A stretch of DNA of 63,847 nt, the filler included, from Octopus bimaculoides (lineage: Eukaryota): assembly GCF_001194135.2 (NCBI RefSeq). It is 8 parts of 7 records of this genome, joined end to end, with 100 filler letters (N's around TTAATTAATTAA, not from the genome) between each part and the next. Parts side by side here need not be neighbours in the genome. Positions count along the whole stretch, not along the records: positions 60,891 to 63,847 come from NC_068984.1; 7 more parts are not named here. One strand, written 5' to 3'. Each line of letters begins with the position of its first letter. Positions within the stretch are counted from its first letter, which is position 1. The position numbers were made by a program, and so were the translations under genes. This document shows, one piece after another, positions 62,038 through 63,847 of this stretch. The notes below the pieces were generated by a model. The model was not told the DNA's origin. It saw nothing but the letters and a program-made list of their open reading frames with translations, and made no database searches.

Positions 62038-63716
62038 TGTGTACGGCAATACAAATAATATCTCGCAAATATGACGAAAGCATTTGTTTATGTAAGCCAG
62101 TTTAGCAGATGAACGTGAAAAATATTCGTAATCAGTGTGATGTTAAATTATAATGAGGTTCTATGTTCATTGTGAGTCCTATCTTTCTCCTTTAGTATTC
62201 TCAATGTCATGCAGGCAGTGTATTTTTATAATGTTATATTTTGCCACCTCGTTGAGCTTACTGATGTACCACAGATAGATTAATATTGTGAAAATGTTGC
62301 ATGACATTTCAATCACAACATCCAACGAATATTCGTTGATTGATACAACCAGTTGATGCACTGAAGCATATGAATAGGAGACGAAGAGATTATAGGGACA
62401 AGTAAAGGTCCGTGTCCTGTATGTCTTCGTAATGTCTGTTGGTGATTTATACTAATATTCCATCGTTTCCATATTGCTTAAAATGTGATCTCATCACCTG
62501 CTAAATCGGAGCCTCTTCTGGAAATTTCTTCCGATGCATTTCGCATCGATATTTTATTAGATCTTAGTTTTGCGAAAGTGCTGTGTATGAAGTGCATTCC
62601 ATATGTTTAAAGTGTTTTATATTGAGCAAATATAAAAACATCGGTTACTGTGAAATTTTGCAATACTGGAAGACATCATTTATGATTTTATCTGTTATTA
62701 AGTTTTCTAAATCCCAATTTTACCTTTAATGCAATCAATTTTCTGCTGAAAATGTCTTTCTTCTTCCTGCAGCTCAGCTTGCATATTTCTTCTTCTTTTT
62801 TATTTAACTTATAACCGGTTATGTCTCTTTGAATGAGATATATATATTTTGCTACATCTTGGGGGCAACCATTTCTGGTATGTGTAAAATGATTGATAAA
62901 AGCAGAATAAAAGAAAAAAAGCAGAAGGTGAAAAACAAAAGCTAAACCAACATTAATAATGCCAATACCCTCACTGATGAAGTACCAAAATATGGCCAGA
63001 AAAAGTACTTCTATGATAGATGTTCCATTAATAAAGATTTAATTATATCTGCCCTGGAGGCTAAATATATTAGAAAGGCATTTAGAATACTCTATCCAAC
63101 ATACGACATATAAACAATATACTTACCACAAATACAGGGTGTGAGGTCTTATGCAGCTAGAAAATTATAACATAGCTACAGCAATCACACAAAAGTATAT
63201 CCAGTAAAATATAAAACGAATCTTATAAACATGGCCTCGGAACAAGAACGTAACGATGAGCTGGTTACTGTCTTCAAGGAAGCTAACGAATGTAAAAAAA
63301 ATAAACAAAATGATATCATATGAACGGAAGTTGTGAAAACTGTGAAGAAACAAGAAAAGAAACAATTTAAATCTAAATAGTAAATAAAAAAACAAGGATA
63401 CAAAATCTCATAGTAACAAAATTCCCTACTTGACCAGACACTGAGTAAAGCAAAAGTATATAAAGACATTATAAAGTTAGCACTGAAAACTTAGAGCGAC
63501 AAATCATTGATTGCAGTGAAAAACCAAATTCGTCTCTACAGAAACAACTGAACACATGGTGCACAATACAGGAGGTAATTACAATAAACGTTGAGGTTTT
63601 CAATAAATTCTAAACAGAAAAAAACAATACCATAATGCTGTCCTTTTTCGCTACTCATTCTTAGCCAACCAGAAATAAACACACAGACACGCGCGCGCGA
63701 ACCATTCATTTTATTA

Positions 63717-63787
<71 letters not shown>

Positions 63788-63847
63788 TATATAATTATGT
63801 GTGTGTGTATATGTGTGCTTAACATATATATATGTATATATATATAT

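Noticed and set aside
62150-62900. Possible decayed transposase on the minus strand
   Set aside because: No DDE or helix-turn-helix motif can be supported; many stops.

Overview
AT-rich, microsatellite-saturated, gappy eukaryotic genomic DNA. The SINE families and the (TA/CA/ATT)n load suggest a cephalopod such as Octopus; this is inference. No host protein-coding gene can be supported, and almost all ORF-track entries are translated microsatellites or N-runs. The recognisable content is transposable elements: two Penelope-like (PLE) RT/GIY-YIG remnants, four R4/Dong-type LINE fragments with a restriction-like endonuclease, two RTE 3' fragments, a young L1/Tx1-type ORF2 fragment, a decayed Ty3/Gypsy pol, a mariner fragment, a hAT MITE with an 8-bp TSD, a structurally complete Helentron/DINE-1-like element (HINE), and many copies of at least three tRNA-derived SINE families. 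The most interesting signal is a set of type-I hammerhead ribozyme (HHR) motifs with palindromic stem III in several unrelated short elements. The motif at 55858-55913 has a fully intact core; 8797-8841 and 10670-10731 are near-intact; others are decayed. They occur together with recurrent fold-back inverted duplications linked to PLE/HHR elements. Other patterns of note: a SINE that carries an internal expanding microsatellite, and Dong LINEs sitting in (TAA)n arrays. Seven 100-bp N-spacers containing TTAATTAATTAA are assembly artefacts, so contiguity across them is unproven.
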